NCBI GenBank assembly: GCA_963779615.1
Contig: CAVZZA010000001.1
Span: 544,001 to 608,000 of the forward strand
Reading direction: 5' to 3'
From: an uncultured Nitrososphaeraceae archaeon
GTDB taxonomy: Archaea > Thermoproteota > Nitrososphaeria > Nitrososphaerales > Nitrososphaeraceae
Length of the DNA stretch: 64,000 nucleotides
Shown: piece after piece, positions 40,765-52,166 of the stretch
How positions within the stretch are numbered: the stretch's first letter is position 1
Layout of the letters: each line of letters starts with the position of its first letter
The notes under the pieces: generated by a model
What the model was told of the DNA's origin: nothing
What the model saw: only the letters and a program-made list of their open reading frames with translations
Databases searched by the model: none
Position numbers and translations under genes: made by a program

Positions 40765-42154
40765 TGACGTAAACAAATTGATAGCTAGCATTCTGGATGG
40801 GTGTGAGCCTAGTGAAATAGAAAAAAATCGATTGAGTAAAATAGCGTTTAAAATTAAAGACCAGATTTCAGCCTTTATTCTAAATAATGAAAAATATTCT
40901 TTTGTAAAAGAGGTAGTATTTGGTGGCTCTTTTGCAAAGGGTACATGGCTTAAGAATGAAACTGATGTCGATATTTTTATGAAGTTTAGTACCCAAACAG
41001 ATCTTGAAGATTTTGAAAATTATGGAAAAGAGATAGGATTGCAATCGTTAAAAGATTTTTCTCCTTATCTTAGATATGCTGATCATCCATATGTTGAAGC
41101 GTATGTCGAAAACGTTAAAATCAATGTTGTCCCCTGCTATGATGTTCATTATGGTAGATGGAGAAGCGCGGCAGACCGCTCCCCATTTCACACAATTTAT
41201 GTTAATAATAGCCTAGACGACCATAAAAAAAATCAGGTTAGGTTGCTAAAAAAATTTTTTAGATCCCTGAATATTTATGGTGCAGAAATATCTAAGAGGG
41301 GATTTAGCGGTTATGTCAGCGAAGTCTTGATTATAAAATTCGGTTCGTTTTTATCCACCTTGGACTATTTTTCCAATTTTGCTGAAGATAAAAAAATTAT
41401 CGGCGTAGACAATGTTTTGTTTAATGATGAGGCACTTAAAAAGTTCAATAGCTTTTTAATACTGTTGGATCCTGTTGACAATAACAGAAATTTAGGCACT
41501 GCTATTTCTGCTTTATCGGTTGGAACGTTTATACAAGGCTCCAGAATGTTTTTGAAAAACCCTACAAATAGTTTTTTTGGAGACATTAAAAAGATTGGTT
41601 ATATTGACTCTAGTTTGATTGGGTTGCTGTCGTCTGATATCTTGGTAATTGAATTTAATTTTGGTTTTAGAGCGCCAGATATAATTTGGGGTCAATTACA
41701 AAAAAGCGTCAATTCACTATCCAAATTCATCGGGTCTTCTGGATATAAAATCATAAAAAATAGCTATTTTACTGATGAGAAAGAACATTGTGTGTTGGCA
41801 TTTTTAATGGAGTCTGTTACCATCCCCAAATACTACAAACGAATAGGGCCTGATATCTTTAGAGATGATGACATTGAAAAATTCATCGAATCTAATACAA
41901 CCTCCAAACTAAAATGGCTTGCCTCGGATAATAGGATAAATTGTGTTATTTCTCGAGATTTCACAGACATAAGGGATTTCTTGAAATTTGTTTTTGAAAA
42001 TAAACGCAATTTAGTTGGCATTCCTAAAGGATTAAGATCAGATTTTTTCTCTACTGTGAAGATATTTACCATCGATCAACAAGAAAATATTAGTGAGCAT
42101 GTAAAGAATACTTTACTTGAATTATTACACACCGATACTAGATTATTCCAATAA
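40709..42154 (+). CDS. cca: Class I CCA-adding enzyme (start likely ATG 40757)
   Basis: GSFAKGTWL..ETDVDIF, HPYV, SAADRSPFH, YGAE, GFSGY, DPVD..RN. Confidence 0.95.
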   Translation: MGLCIPIYLIFMPIKKMPDDVNKLIASILDGCEPSEIEKNRLSKIAFKIKDQISAFILNNEKYSFVKEVVFGGSFAKGTWLKNETDVDIFMKFSTQTDLEDFENYGKEIGLQSLKDFSPYLRYADHPYVEAYVENVKINVVPCYDVHYGRWRSAADRSPFHTIYVNNSLDDHKKNQVRLLKKFFRSLNIYGAEISKRGFSGYVSEVLIIKFGSFLSTLDYFSNFAEDKKIIGVDNVLFNDEALKKFNSFLILLDPVDNNRNLGTAISALSVGTFIQGSRMFLKNPTNSFFGDIKKIGYIDSSLIGLLSSDILVIEFNFGFRAPDIIWGQLQKSVNSLSKFIGSSGYKIIKNSYFTDEKEHCVLAFLMESVTIPKYYKRIGPDIFRDDDIEKFIESNTTSKLKWLASDNRINCVISRDFTDIRDFLKFVFENKRNLVGIPKGLRSDFFSTVKIFTIDQQENISEHVKNTLLELLHTDTRLFQ

Positions 42155-42893
42155 ATTTTTTATAACCTCTCCCAACCTGATTAATCTACTATGCTATCCT
42201 AAGTTTAGTGCATTGGATTATGCTACAAAAATTAAAGATCTTTTTTTACTGGATTTGAAATTTGTAATATTGGAAGGTAGTACCATTCTATTTAATAATA
42301 ACATTTTAGGTAAAGGTTGTGAAGGTTTAGTATTAAAAGTTGAAAACATCAAAGATGAACTTATGGCTCTAAAGATCAAAAGAACTGATTCTTGTAGATT
42401 TAGCATGAAGAATGAATTTGATTTTTATAAACTTGCAAACAGGTTTAAAATAGGGCCCAAAGTGTATTCTTATAATGCTAATATGCTTTTAATGGAACTT
42501 CTTGGTGGATCTTCTATAGAAAATTGGTTTTTAAAAGCAAAACTGGATTCATATGTTATAAAAACCGTTATTTTTGATATTTTGAATCAATGTTTTATTT
42601 TAGACAGAATAAATTTAGACCATGGACAATTGAATAAATTACACAATCATGTTATAATATCTCCTGGTAGTTTAAGATGCACAATTATTGATTTCGAAAG
42701 CGCAAGTACATCTAGAAAGGTTTCTAACCTGACTTCTGCTTTTCAAGGTTTACTTTTCAAAGGTACCATATCCAAACAAATCAATAAATTCATTAATTAT
42801 GAAAATAAGAAAAACGAGTTATTAGAACAATTAAAAGGATACAAGAAAAATATTTCAAAAGAAAACTTTGATGCTGTAATGTCTTTGATCTGA
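42117..42893 (+). CDS. Archaeal Ser/Thr protein kinase-like protein
   Basis: LGKG, ALKIKR, IGPK, LDHGQL, IIDFESAS. Confidence 0.85.
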   Translation: MNYYTPILDYSNKFFITSPNLINLLCYPKFSALDYATKIKDLFLLDLKFVILEGSTILFNNNILGKGCEGLVLKVENIKDELMALKIKRTDSCRFSMKNEFDFYKLANRFKIGPKVYSYNANMLLMELLGGSSIENWFLKAKLDSYVIKTVIFDILNQCFILDRINLDHGQLNKLHNHVIISPGSLRCTIIDFESASTSRKVSNLTSAFQGLLFKGTISKQINKFINYENKKNELLEQLKGYKKNISKENFDAVMSLI

Positions 42894-42955
42894 TTGTTTA
42901 CCGCCCCTTTCTAAATGGCAGAAAGATATTAATTTTATCTTATATAATGTAATTT

Positions 42956-43474
42956 ATGACACTTCCAAAAGGTTATGTGTTGCCTAATAAAAAAACAGAC
43001 GACAAGGCCAAGCAACTGGCAGACGACAAGGCCAAGCAACTGGCAGACGACAAGGCCAAGCAACTGGCAGACGACAAGGCCAAGCAACTGGCAGACGACA
43101 AGGCCAAGCAACTGGCAGACGACAAGGCCAAGCAACTGGCAGACGACAAGGCCAAGCAACTGGCAGACGACAAGGCCAAGCAACTGGCAGACGACAAGGC
43201 CAAGCAACTGGCAGACGACAAGGCCAAGCAACTGGCAGACGACAAGGCCATTTCAAAAGGAAATGATACCAATTTGCCACATACGGAAAATTCATATAAT
43301 AAGCAAGAATCACAAAATAATCCTGTCAATGTGAGAGATGATTACCAAAATAATAATATTGATAATGATTTGCTGTGGAGTGAAATGAAACAAGCTTATA
43401 TGCAGGCTGTAAACGAAACCACTAATTCATATTTCAGACTGTTAGAGTTTTGGATGAAAAATATCAAAAAATAA
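42956..43474 (+). CDS. Hypothetical protein with DDKAKQLA octapeptide repeats
   Basis: Longest frame through the repeat, with ATG, upstream TATA-like TTATATAA and a unique C-terminus. Confidence 0.7.
   Translation: MTLPKGYVLPNKKTDDKAKQLADDKAKQLADDKAKQLADDKAKQLADDKAKQLADDKAKQLADDKAKQLADDKAKQLADDKAKQLADDKAKQLADDKAISKGNDTNLPHTENSYNKQESQNNPVNVRDDYQNNNIDNDLLWSEMKQAYMQAVNETTNSYFRLLEFWMKNIKK
42996..43250. repeat. Perfect 24-bp tandem repeat, 10 full copies plus a partial
   Basis: AGACGACAAGGCCAAGCAACTGGC with no spacers. Confidence 0.97.
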
Positions 43475-43480
43475 TTTTTT

Positions 43481-43951
43481 TTAAATCTGAATTATAAAAT
43501 CTATTTCGACTGGAGAACCCAAAGGCAAACTATTTACGCCTATTGCTACCCTTGTATGTTTGCCTTTTTCTCCAAAAATATTTATCAATAAATCCGATGC
43601 TCCATTGATTACTTTTGGGTGTTCCGTAAAGTCTTCTCCACTATTTACATAACCTGTTATTTTTATTATTTTCTTTATATTGTTTAATTCGCCAACAAAA
43701 TTTTTTAAATGATACAATGCATTTAAACAGCAAATTTTTCCTGCCTCTTGGGCTTCTTCAACTGATACTTCCCTTCCCACTTTTCCTTTGTATTTTAGTT
43801 CATCATTTGGGAATTCGATATTTATTGGAATTTGACCAGAGATAAAAATTAAATTTTCAACTTTTGTAATCGGAATATAGGATCCAATAGCTGTGGCTTT
43901 TCCCTTGGGAATGTTTAGGTTTAATGAAGATATTTTTTCTTCTGGTGTCAT
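43481..43951 (-). CDS. RidA/YjgF family protein
   Basis: FISGQIP, VINGASDL, GKHTRVAIGV..LP...PVEI. Confidence 0.92.
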   Translation of the reverse strand: MTPEEKISSLNLNIPKGKATAIGSYIPITKVENLIFISGQIPINIEFPNDELKYKGKVGREVSVEEAQEAGKICCLNALYHLKNFVGELNNIKKIIKITGYVNSGEDFTEHPKVINGASDLLINIFGEKGKHTRVAIGVNSLPLGSPVEIDFIIQI

Positions 43952-43991
43952 TATAAGGTGATAATATGCTTGTAATTAAAAAGTTAATCTT

Positions 43992-44330
43992 TTGATTTTA
44001 GGAACCTTTTTAATATCATTACTTTTTTTTATATTTGTGTCAAAGGAAAATGACAATCCAAAAATTATGAATAAATTTAGAAGAATAGGTTCACTAGGCC
44101 TTTGTTTTATTGTAATGGGATTGTCCTTGGTAGTGATATATATATTATGGGCGTCTTTTGGTTATATAGGCCCTTCATTCTCGTCAGATATGGTAAATAC
44201 GCAACAATCTACCTTGAGAGCAGAGTATGGTTTACCAAAACAACCCGTGATTACAGATCCAGCAATATTGCAGACTCCTCCGTCTCTTCGAGAAATAGAT
44301 GTAAAAAATAATACAAATAGTACGCTATAA
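43992..44330 (+). CDS. Hypothetical membrane protein
   Basis: TM helix followed by LRAEYGLP...LQTPPSLR; start uncertain. Confidence 0.6.
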   Translation: MILGTFLISLLFFIFVSKENDNPKIMNKFRRIGSLGLCFIVMGLSLVVIYILWASFGYIGPSFSSDMVNTQQSTLRAEYGLPKQPVITDPAILQTPPSLREIDVKNNTNSTL

Positions 44331-44376
44331 ACTGATTGAAAGATATAATAAATATTGTCAGCTTGTTGTTTTATTT

Positions 44377-46506
44377 ATGCTTGATAATGTTGAAAAAAGA
44401 AAACCTAATTCCTTAATAAATGAAACTAGTCCATATCTATTACAACATGCTTATAATCCTGTTAACTGGTTTCCTTGGGTTGAAGGTTCAATTAATTTAG
44501 CAAAAAAAGAAAACAAACCAATTTTTCTTAGTGTAGGGTATAGCTCATGCCATTGGTGCCATGTGATGGCGCATGAATCTTTTGAAGATAACGATATTGC
44601 AAAAATAATGAATGAGAAGTTTATTAATATTAAGGTAGACCGGGAGGAGAGGCCGGATATTGATGATGTTTATCAGCGTGCATGCCAGTTAGTAACTGGC
44701 AATGGCGGTTGGCCACTGTCTGTTTTCTTGACTCCCGATCTAAAACCATTTTATGTTGGCACTTATTTTCCAAAAGATGGTAGGTATGGTATGCCTGGAT
44801 TCGGTGAGGTATTAAAGCAACTCGATGAGGCATTTCATTTTAGAAAAAATGAAATCAATAGCACAACTTCTGAATTCATGAACTCTCTTATTGCTTCTTC
44901 AAAGAATAATGGTCTGATCAATAAAGATCTAGAAATTGATAAATCAATCCTTGATGAATCCGCGCTTAATCTTTTAAGTATAGCGGATTTCACCTATGGT
45001 GGATTTGGAATGTCTCCAAAATTTCCAAATGTTTCTAATTTGCTATTTTTATTGCGGTATTATGATATTTCAAAAATCGAAAAATTCAAAGGTTTTGTGG
45101 TACTTACAGGTGAAAAAATCCTGTATGGTGGAATCCATGATCATCTTGGTGGTGGCTTTTCTCGATATTCTACCGATCAGAAATGGCTTGTTCCGCATTT
45201 TGAAAAAATGCTATATGATAATTCGTTGCTGATTGCTTTATTTTCAGAAGTGTATCAGATTACAAAGGATGCAAAATTCAAAATAGCTGTCGAAAAAACA
45301 TTGGGATATATTTTAAGAGACCTTTTAAACGAAGACGGTGGTTTTTTTTCTGCAGAAGATGCAGATTCAGAAGGCGAGGAAGGCAAATACTATTTGTGGT
45401 CAAAACAGGAAATTTCTTCAATCATACAAAATCCTTTACATTTGGATATTTTCTGTGAATACTATGATGTATCGCAAGGGGGAAATTTTGAGGGAAAAAA
45501 CATCTTGAATATAAAGTCTTCCTACCCTCACCTTTCAAAAAAATATAACCTTGATATAAACGACATCAAAAACATCATAGATGAAAATTCCTTAAGGCTT
45601 TTTAACGCCCGGGAAAAAAGAATTAGACCGCAAAAGGACGACAAGACTATCCTTTCATGGAACGCTCTTTCTATTTCGTCCTTTGTAAAAGGCTATAGGA
45701 TTACTGGCAATGAACTTTATCTGAATACGGCTGTAAATGCAATAAAGTTCATTGAAACAAAAATGAAATCATCAGATGGATCTCTTTATCGTATTTATAA
45801 AAATGGTTCGGCGAAGATTCCTTCATATTTAGATGATTATGCTTTTTACATCAATGCACTTTTGGATTTATTTGAGATAAAACCTGATGCTCAGTATATG
45901 GAATTGGCTGTTCAATATACTGATTATTTGATAAAAAACTTCTGGGATTCTGGTGAAAACAACTTTTATTACACATCTAATTTTCATGAATCACTCCCTA
46001 TCAGAAATAAAATTCTTCATGACTTGGCTATTCCTAGCGGTAATTCCGTTTCTGTTTCAAACTTTATAAGACTTTATCACATTACGGGAAATAATGATTA
46101 TGTAAACATTGCTGAAAAAATGATGAAAGTTTCTTTATTGTCCGCAGCAGAAAATCCATTTAGTTTTGGCTGTTTGCTGTCTTCAGCCTATCTTTATATA
46201 AAAAAACCTTTGGAAATAACCCTTGTTTCAAAAGATGCTCACTCCAAAAAATCTGCCATGCTTGATTTTATAAATAAAACATTTGTTCCTAATGGGATCC
46301 TGTCGATTATAGACAAAAATTGCAATTTGCAAAGTTTGGAAAAATATTCTTTATTTCAGAATAAATCCTTGATAAACAAAAATTCGCCCTCTACTGAAGA
46401 GTTTGTATTAGTATGCAAAGACTTTGCCTGTAGCCCTCCTATTGCAAATATTGATGATCTGAAAGAGACTTTACTTGGTAAATTGTCAAAGGAAAAGATT
46501 AAATAA
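44377..46506 (+). CDS. Thioredoxin-domain protein, YyaL/SPATA20 family
   Basis: [46 protein letters not shown]. Confidence 0.93.
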   Translation: MLDNVEKRKPNSLINETSPYLLQHAYNPVNWFPWVEGSINLAKKENKPIFLSVGYSSCHWCHVMAHESFEDNDIAKIMNEKFINIKVDREERPDIDDVYQRACQLVTGNGGWPLSVFLTPDLKPFYVGTYFPKDGRYGMPGFGEVLKQLDEAFHFRKNEINSTTSEFMNSLIASSKNNGLINKDLEIDKSILDESALNLLSIADFTYGGFGMSPKFPNVSNLLFLLRYYDISKIEKFKGFVVLTGEKILYGGIHDHLGGGFSRYSTDQKWLVPHFEKMLYDNSLLIALFSEVYQITKDAKFKIAVEKTLGYILRDLLNEDGGFFSAEDADSEGEEGKYYLWSKQEISSIIQNPLHLDIFCEYYDVSQGGNFEGKNILNIKSSYPHLSKKYNLDINDIKNIIDENSLRLFNAREKRIRPQKDDKTILSWNALSISSFVKGYRITGNELYLNTAVNAIKFIETKMKSSDGSLYRIYKNGSAKIPSYLDDYAFYINALLDLFEIKPDAQYMELAVQYTDYLIKNFWDSGENNFYYTSNFHESLPIRNKILHDLAIPSGNSVSVSNFIRLYHITGNNDYVNIAEKMMKVSLLSAAENPFSFGCLLSSAYLYIKKPLEITLVSKDAHSKKSAMLDFINKTFVPNGILSIIDKNCNLQSLEKYSLFQNKSLINKNSPSTEEFVLVCKDFACSPPIANIDDLKETLLGKLSKEKIK

Positions 46507-47407
46507 TTTTTTTCTGTTAAGCTGTTCCATATTGTTATCTTTCAATAATCCCAATTTTTTTCTGTTAAGCTGTTCCATATTGTTATCTTTCCTATTAGTC
46601 TTTAATTTCATGGATTATTCTTTTGGGCAAGATAATGAATCCGAAAACACTTTTGATATTGCTAAATCATCCAGTGATGAAGCGCTGTCATTAATGGATT
46701 CATTGAAAGGTTCTTCTTTAGTCAATTCGGTTACGGGTGGAATTGAGAACTTTTCATTGCCTGCCATTAATCAATCAAACGATAATGGTGCTAATGATGG
46801 ATTGTTGGATAACTCTTCATCTTCTAGGTACGGTTATCTAACTGGCGGTATTGATCAAAATTCATCTGAAGTTGACTCACCGAACAAAACAATACCTTTG
46901 CCCATTCTGGAATCTGACTCACCGAACAAAACAATACCTTTGCCCATTCTGGAATCTGACTCACCGAACAAAACAATACCAATGATGAAAGTTGATGATA
47001 CTCCAATTAAAAGCAATACGGAAAATATGCAATCTCTGTTGGTTCTTCCCTATCCGATGTCTATTCAATCAAAAGATTATGTTCCGCTTTACAGTTCTAT
47101 GCCCATGAAAATTTCAAATGGTACAATTTTGGCCAAACTTCCTTGTGATAATAATAATAAACCTGTGTTGTATATAGTTGGTTCATCTGCTGACAACAAT
47201 GTTTTTCCAATAAATCTTAACCTCATTTCTAATTTGTCAAAGCCCGGAAGCATGTGTATGTACAACTCTATAGTTCCGGATAATCTTTCCAACCTGTTGT
47301 ATTCGCATACTCTAATTAACATTTATCTATACAACTCTTTGGATATTCCAGTTGAAGTGCCCACCACAACCTCTGTTTTCATAGGTATACACAAACTGAC
47401 TGTATAG
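46475..47407 (+). CDS. Secreted hypothetical protein with internal repeats
   Basis: Hydrophobic leader; [14 protein letters not shown] repeats; C-terminal domain similar to 6377..6973; start uncertain. Confidence 0.7.
   Translation: MVNCQRKRLNNFFLLSCSILLSFNNPNFFLLSCSILLSFLLVFNFMDYSFGQDNESENTFDIAKSSSDEALSLMDSLKGSSLVNSVTGGIENFSLPAINQSNDNGANDGLLDNSSSSRYGYLTGGIDQNSSEVDSPNKTIPLPILESDSPNKTIPLPILESDSPNKTIPMMKVDDTPIKSNTENMQSLLVLPYPMSIQSKDYVPLYSSMPMKISNGTILAKLPCDNNNKPVLYIVGSSADNNVFPINLNLISNLSKPGSMCMYNSIVPDNLSNLLYSHTLINIYLYNSLDIPVEVPTTTSVFIGIHKLTV
46505..46591. repeat. 39-bp direct repeat, period 48 bp
   Basis: AATTTTTTTCTGTTAAGCTGTTCCATATTGTTATCTTTC at 46505 and 46553. Confidence 0.9.
46873..46980. 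repeat. 42-bp coding tandem repeat, about 2.6 copies
   Basis: TGACTCACCGAACAAAACAATACCTTTGCCCATTCTGGAATC. Confidence 0.9.
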
Positions 47408-47424
47408 CTTGATTTTTTTAATAA

Positions 47425-47733
47425 TTATATGGAATACATTATTCCGCCAGAAACTATTGGAATGGATTCTAAATTAGAAAGGTCTTTTATTCTTGCAATT
47501 ATCGCATTGAACCAAAGGCTATCAATCCCTTGACTCCAAATCGTGATTTTTTTATAGTCCTTTTCCTTTCCATGGTGGAAAAAACCTTTACAGTCTTCCA
47601 CTGTCATGTTGTTATATTTTTGGCTTATTTCTTCTATAGCTACTTCAGCTTCTGCAGGTAAATACAAAATTGTCAATGTTGGGAATGGTATAGTGTCTGC
47701 AGAAGTAGACGATGATGATGCGTCATTAGCCAT
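47425..47733 (-). CDS. Hypothetical protein
   Basis: 102 aa ORF with ATG and upstream TATA-like element. Confidence 0.65.
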   Translation of the reverse strand: MANDASSSSTSADTIPFPTLTILYLPAEAEVAIEEISQKYNNMTVEDCKGFFHHGKEKDYKKITIWSQGIDSLWFNAIIARIKDLSNLESIPIVSGGIMYSI

Positions 47734-47844
47734 AACCTTAATTTATGTAAGACTTATATGATTATTTCGTTCCGATTGATTTATTTAGAAGTTTTTTATG
47801 GAAAATTAATAAAGACTATATGCTAATTAATAATTTAGAAAGTT

Positions 47845-48222
47845 ATGAATGCTGGACAATTCACAAAAAACGTGCTTGATTTGGACGATAATATTTTATT
47901 TGCTGGAATTATAGAAAAATCTGGTCATCTCCGTGCAAGCAACCAACGTGCAGCTGTAGATGAAACTTTTAAAGGTCGAAACCTGGAAATGGTTTATTCC
48001 CAATCTGTTTATGTGGCAGACCTTCGAAAAATGCTCTCCCCGTCATTTGGCAATTTAAACTCTGTCAACTATGTTTATGAAAAATTGAAAATATTGCTAT
48101 TCCCTGTCAAGGACCATGTGTTATTGATTTTCATTGGTAAAGAAACAAAAACCGATGATTTGGCACAAAACATACGCAGATACATGGATTCGCTGAATGA
48201 TCTTGATTTATATTCCTCGTGA
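47845..48222 (+). CDS. Roadblock/profilin-like small protein (DUF6659-like)
   Basis: ILFAGIIEKSG, FGNL...YVYEK pattern; resembles 51726..52100. Confidence 0.65.
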   Translation: MNAGQFTKNVLDLDDNILFAGIIEKSGHLRASNQRAAVDETFKGRNLEMVYSQSVYVADLRKMLSPSFGNLNSVNYVYEKLKILLFPVKDHVLLIFIGKETKTDDLAQNIRRYMDSLNDLDLYSS

Positions 48223-48523
48223 ATTTTGAAATCTTTCAAAATTGTGATTTATATTTGTGCAAATTTTACACCTAGGGTTGAGGGATGCATTTATGTTTTG
48301 TATTGATGATTTAAACGTGATGCTTGATTAACTGACACCCTTGTTAAATCTCTATAAATATTTTAACAAATTCAACGTGTTGTATTTATTTTTTTTTAAA
48401 AAAAATAATGGTTAGATTAAAGACCCGTCCGATATTCACCTTTGGAGAGGTGCGCTTCATGAGTGTTGCGTTGTTAAAAAAAGGTATGGAAAAGAAAAAA
48501 TGTTCTACTCAATTTGAGTGTTT

Positions 48524-49447
48524 CTAGCTTCCAAGAACCTTTATGTCCTGTACCCCCAATCCCTTTTCAGGAGTGCTTCCAAGCGGTATGACTTTCATAC
48601 CGTCCGCACCTGAAACTGGTGGATACCTGTAGATCTCTGGAGATTGGCCAAAACCAGTATTGGAAAATACTATGGGCTCATCGTATTGATTGCCGCCGCC
48701 ATTTGAAATCTGGATTGCAAAAAAGTTGATACCGTTATCTGCATTTGCTAGTCCCATTTGTAATCCGCATACCTTGTCATTTTCGGCTAACTCTACGTAA
48801 AGCTCATTCTGTACCCCTAGTGAAATGTCCTTAAACAGTGATTGGTTTAAACCGGCTTTTACTAAATTTTCTACATTTCCCTCAGCCCAAACTTTGTTTA
48901 ATTTTAGTTCATTTCCACATGTATTTTTGGATGGCACTAAATCCAGGAGATTTACATTATCATCTGCTACCTTTATCAGTTTTGTGTATGATGTGTATCT
49001 TCCATCTGGGTATAAGGCGTGGACTTCCACATTAAACAAACCGGGGGTAGGCACATCTGCTGTAAACTCTGCATCTCCTGATCTTTGAAGCGCATACACT
49101 GTGTTGAGGTTTGCTTCGTAATCTATAAGAAATGCATCCACCCTTGCCGGAGTTTTTTCAAAGTTAAATGAGATTTTATCCCCATTGTGTATTGTGTATA
49201 AAACTGAATCCTCACTTGGCTCCAACGCAGGAGTATTTATTTTTGTTAGTACTGTATTCTGTACGTTAATAAAAGGCACTAGATCTGCTATTCCGCCATT
49301 GTGCACCAAGCTTGCCTTTGGAACGATAGGCGGCTCCGCAAAAGCCGCCTTCAAACTAAAATCTGTGTTTATTATCCCTATGCTAAATGCAAAAGTAATG
49401 ACAATGGCTGAAACCATAATTTTTTTTTTATTAATCGATTGAAACAA
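48524..49447 (-). CDS. Secreted hypothetical protein with a divergent discoidin-like C-terminus
   Basis: Signal peptide; VCGLQMG...FAIQISNGG resembles ICGIDIS...FIVSTSNDG of the neighbouring discoidin domain. Confidence 0.65.
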   Translation of the reverse strand: MFQSINKKKIMVSAIVITFAFSIGIINTDFSLKAAFAEPPIVPKASLVHNGGIADLVPFINVQNTVLTKINTPALEPSEDSVLYTIHNGDKISFNFEKTPARVDAFLIDYEANLNTVYALQRSGDAEFTADVPTPGLFNVEVHALYPDGRYTSYTKLIKVADDNVNLLDLVPSKNTCGNELKLNKVWAEGNVENLVKAGLNQSLFKDISLGVQNELYVELAENDKVCGLQMGLANADNGINFFAIQISNGGGNQYDEPIVFSNTGFGQSPEIYRYPPVSGADGMKVIPLGSTPEKGLGVQDIKVLGS

Positions 49448-49768
49448 CTTATACCTTAATCTGTGTTTGTTTCTATTTATGGAATACGTTTTATTTTGTT
49501 ATAAAATTTTATTATATAATTCTATTTAACAAGCTTTTTTTTATATTGAAAACCATAGTACTAGTTCAGTAGTTTTATAATACCCGGAATTGTTAAACCT
49601 AAAATTTAAAGAACTGACTATGTGATGTTTTTTTTATAATATAAGCAAGCGTCCCATATATACCAAATTACCTTATCTTTTTAAAATGAGTATAAATAGT
49701 GCACTATTACTTGTAAAAATTAGTTTAACTTTACAAAAGCGTAAAATTTCAAAGGGAGGCCTATATCA

Positions 49769-51471
49769 ATGAAAAAATATAACCGTTATTTGTTTTTTGT
49801 ATCGCTTGTTGTGGCATTCCTCTGCGTTGCTGCCATGCCTGGAATACCCGGCCTTGTGGCGAATATTTATGCCGCGGAGCCTTTTGATGGAATTCCTGTC
49901 TTTTCTGCCGGAACCACGCCATCATCTTCTGCAAGCTCTACTTTGCCGCCTGGATGCGCACCAGGACAAATAGACAAGGTTGGTGCAAGTGGATATGATT
50001 TAGAAGGTGACAACACAACACCGGATAAAACCATTGATAAAAACTTCAACACCAGGTGGGCAAACTATGGTATCGGATCTTTTATTCAATACGAGCTCAA
50101 GTCCAGTGATCCCATTTCTGGTGATACCATTTGTGGGATAGACATTTCCTGGTATAGGGGTGACGCTAGGACATACAACTTTATTGTTTCTACTTCTAAT
50201 GATGGTAGTAAATTTGATAACACATTTTTTGCTACCAGTAGCGGAAAAACTAACTCCTTTGAGCGTTATATTATTCCAGATTCTGCACTTCAAGCTAAAT
50301 ACGTGAGAATTACTGTTAATGGAAACACCGAAAATCCGTGGGCAGCCGTAACCGAAGTTCAAATTCAGTCACAATCAGCATGCCCATGCCCGCCAACGCC
50401 AACACCAACACCAACACCAGCACCAACACCACACACCAACACCACCAACACAACCGCCAACTCAATGCCCATGCCCACCAACACCAACACCAACACCAAC
50501 ACCAACACCAACACCAACACCAACACAACCGCCAACTCAATGCCCATGCCCACCAACAACACCACCGACACCAACACCAACACCAACACCAACACCAACA
50601 CCAACACCAACACCAACACCAACACCAACACCAACACCAACACCAACACCAACACCAACACCAACACCAACACCAACACCAACACCAACACCAGCCTGGT
50701 AAGGACGTGTTTGGGGTGACGAAAATTTACAATGATAAGCCTAACGGGGAAAAGTGGTTTATGAACATGGCAGACCCAACTAATGACCCGAGATACGATC
50801 CAAAAACAGATCTTAAGAAAAATGCTGATGGCAGCTGGAAAGTGACCGACTCTCAGGTAAGGATGAATGTTTTCACGAGCACTGGTTACGACGAAAGTAA
50901 AATTCAAACGTACGACCAATCTAAACTAGCTACTCAAGGGTATATGCAGGCTCCAAATGACTGGAAGAATATAGAATTGACTGGCTATGTAAAAATCAAC
51001 TCTGCTTCAGACAGTGATTTCCATTTCACCTGGTATGGTCGTGGAGGTCACCATTCTGATATACCTTGTGAAGGAACCGCATACAAGGGGAGCATATACA
51101 AGGATGGAAGTAGCAGGTTTTCCAAGGAGCAATGGCATTCTGGAGGCTATTCATTTACACCCACAACAAACGTCCTAAAATCGTCAATAGTGGGCAAGTG
51201 GATTGGGTATAAAGCTGTTATCTACAATACTGTAGTAAACGGAAAGGATGCTGTGAAATTGGAAAATTGGGTTGATCCAAATGCTAATGATGTGTGGACA
51301 AAAATCTATGGATATACCGATAGTGCGGGACTTGGAGAGGATGGTGAAGAATGTGGTGGCAAGCCAGATCAACTTATTTCATGGGGTGGACCTATAGCAG
51401 ATTTTCGCTGGGACGGAACTTCAAACATTGACGTGAAAAACCTAAGTGTAAGAGAAATTTCCCCACCTTAG
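49769..51471 (+). CDS. Secreted protein: discoidin (F5/8 type C) domain, Pro-Thr linker and C-terminal beta-rich domain; two apparent +1 frameshifts (about 50432 and 50691)
   Basis: [28 protein letters not shown]; the middle frame reads [14 protein letters not shown]; the last frame resumes at QPGKDVFGV. Confidence 0.75.
50393..50693. repeat. CCAACA hexamer microsatellite with duplicated [10 protein letters not shown] blocks
   Basis: Read directly. Confidence 0.95.
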
Positions 51472-51725
51472 GGTTTTTCTATACCTTTTTTTCTATACCT
51501 TTTTTCCTGTTACGTTAATTAATAAAACAATAAATTATAAAATATGTCATTTCTTCGTTATAGAATAACAAGATTACGAAAGTACACTTATAACAAAATT
51601 TTTGTTGTGAGTAAATATGTGTTATTCGTGTACTTTAAAATAAAGATGTTTTTTGGGTTGTATTGATCAATAGAAATTGAGTTCAAATCTCAACATTCAA
51701 TAAATGGTGCTTTTTTTATTTACTC

Positions 51726-52100
51726 ATGGATTATCAAAAAATACTTGATGCTATTTTTGCGCTAAATGATGATATCCGCTATGCCGGATTAATTGATGAA
51801 GCCGGTTTACTGTTAGCTGGAGGCATGCGTCATGGAATTGATTCTATAGTCGATCAACCTAGTGAAGAACTGTACCTAACACACACAGCTTTAAGAAAAT
51901 CTATGCGTGGACGTTTTGATGATACTATGGGACAAGCACGCTTTGTATATGTAGAGCGCGAAAAATTATCATTGTTGACTTTTTACCTGGATAAGAAAAT
52001 GTTATTAGTCACTCTAGAGCCAAGTTTGGACTCTCGAATTGTTATGGATATAGCTGAAGATGTATTAGATATTTTTAGTGGAAACAAAATTTCGGAATAA
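51726..52100 (+). CDS. Roadblock/profilin-like small protein (DUF6659-like)
   Basis: IRYAGLIDEAG...GGMR, FDDTMG..RFVYVEREK, LLVTLEP. Confidence 0.72.
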   Translation: MDYQKILDAIFALNDDIRYAGLIDEAGLLLAGGMRHGIDSIVDQPSEELYLTHTALRKSMRGRFDDTMGQARFVYVEREKLSLLTFYLDKKMLLVTLEPSLDSRIVMDIAEDVLDIFSGNKISE

Positions 52101-52166
52101 CAGTATATGCATATTTTTCTTATTTAAAATACATTCTTCAATTTCAAATTGGTTTTTTTAAATTTT

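Noticed and set aside
42996-43250. Possible CRISPR array
   Set aside because: Units are contiguous with no unique spacers, they are in-frame coding, and no cas genes are present.
42935-43334. Alternative-frame repeat ORFs (LLGLVVCQ, CLALSSAS, TTRPSNWQ, WPCRLPVA)
   Set aside because: By-products of a stop-free 24-bp repeat.
50316-50919. Poly-HQ, poly-TN, poly-WC and poly-VL proteins
   Set aside because: Off-frame or antisense readings of the CCAACA Pro-Thr linker.
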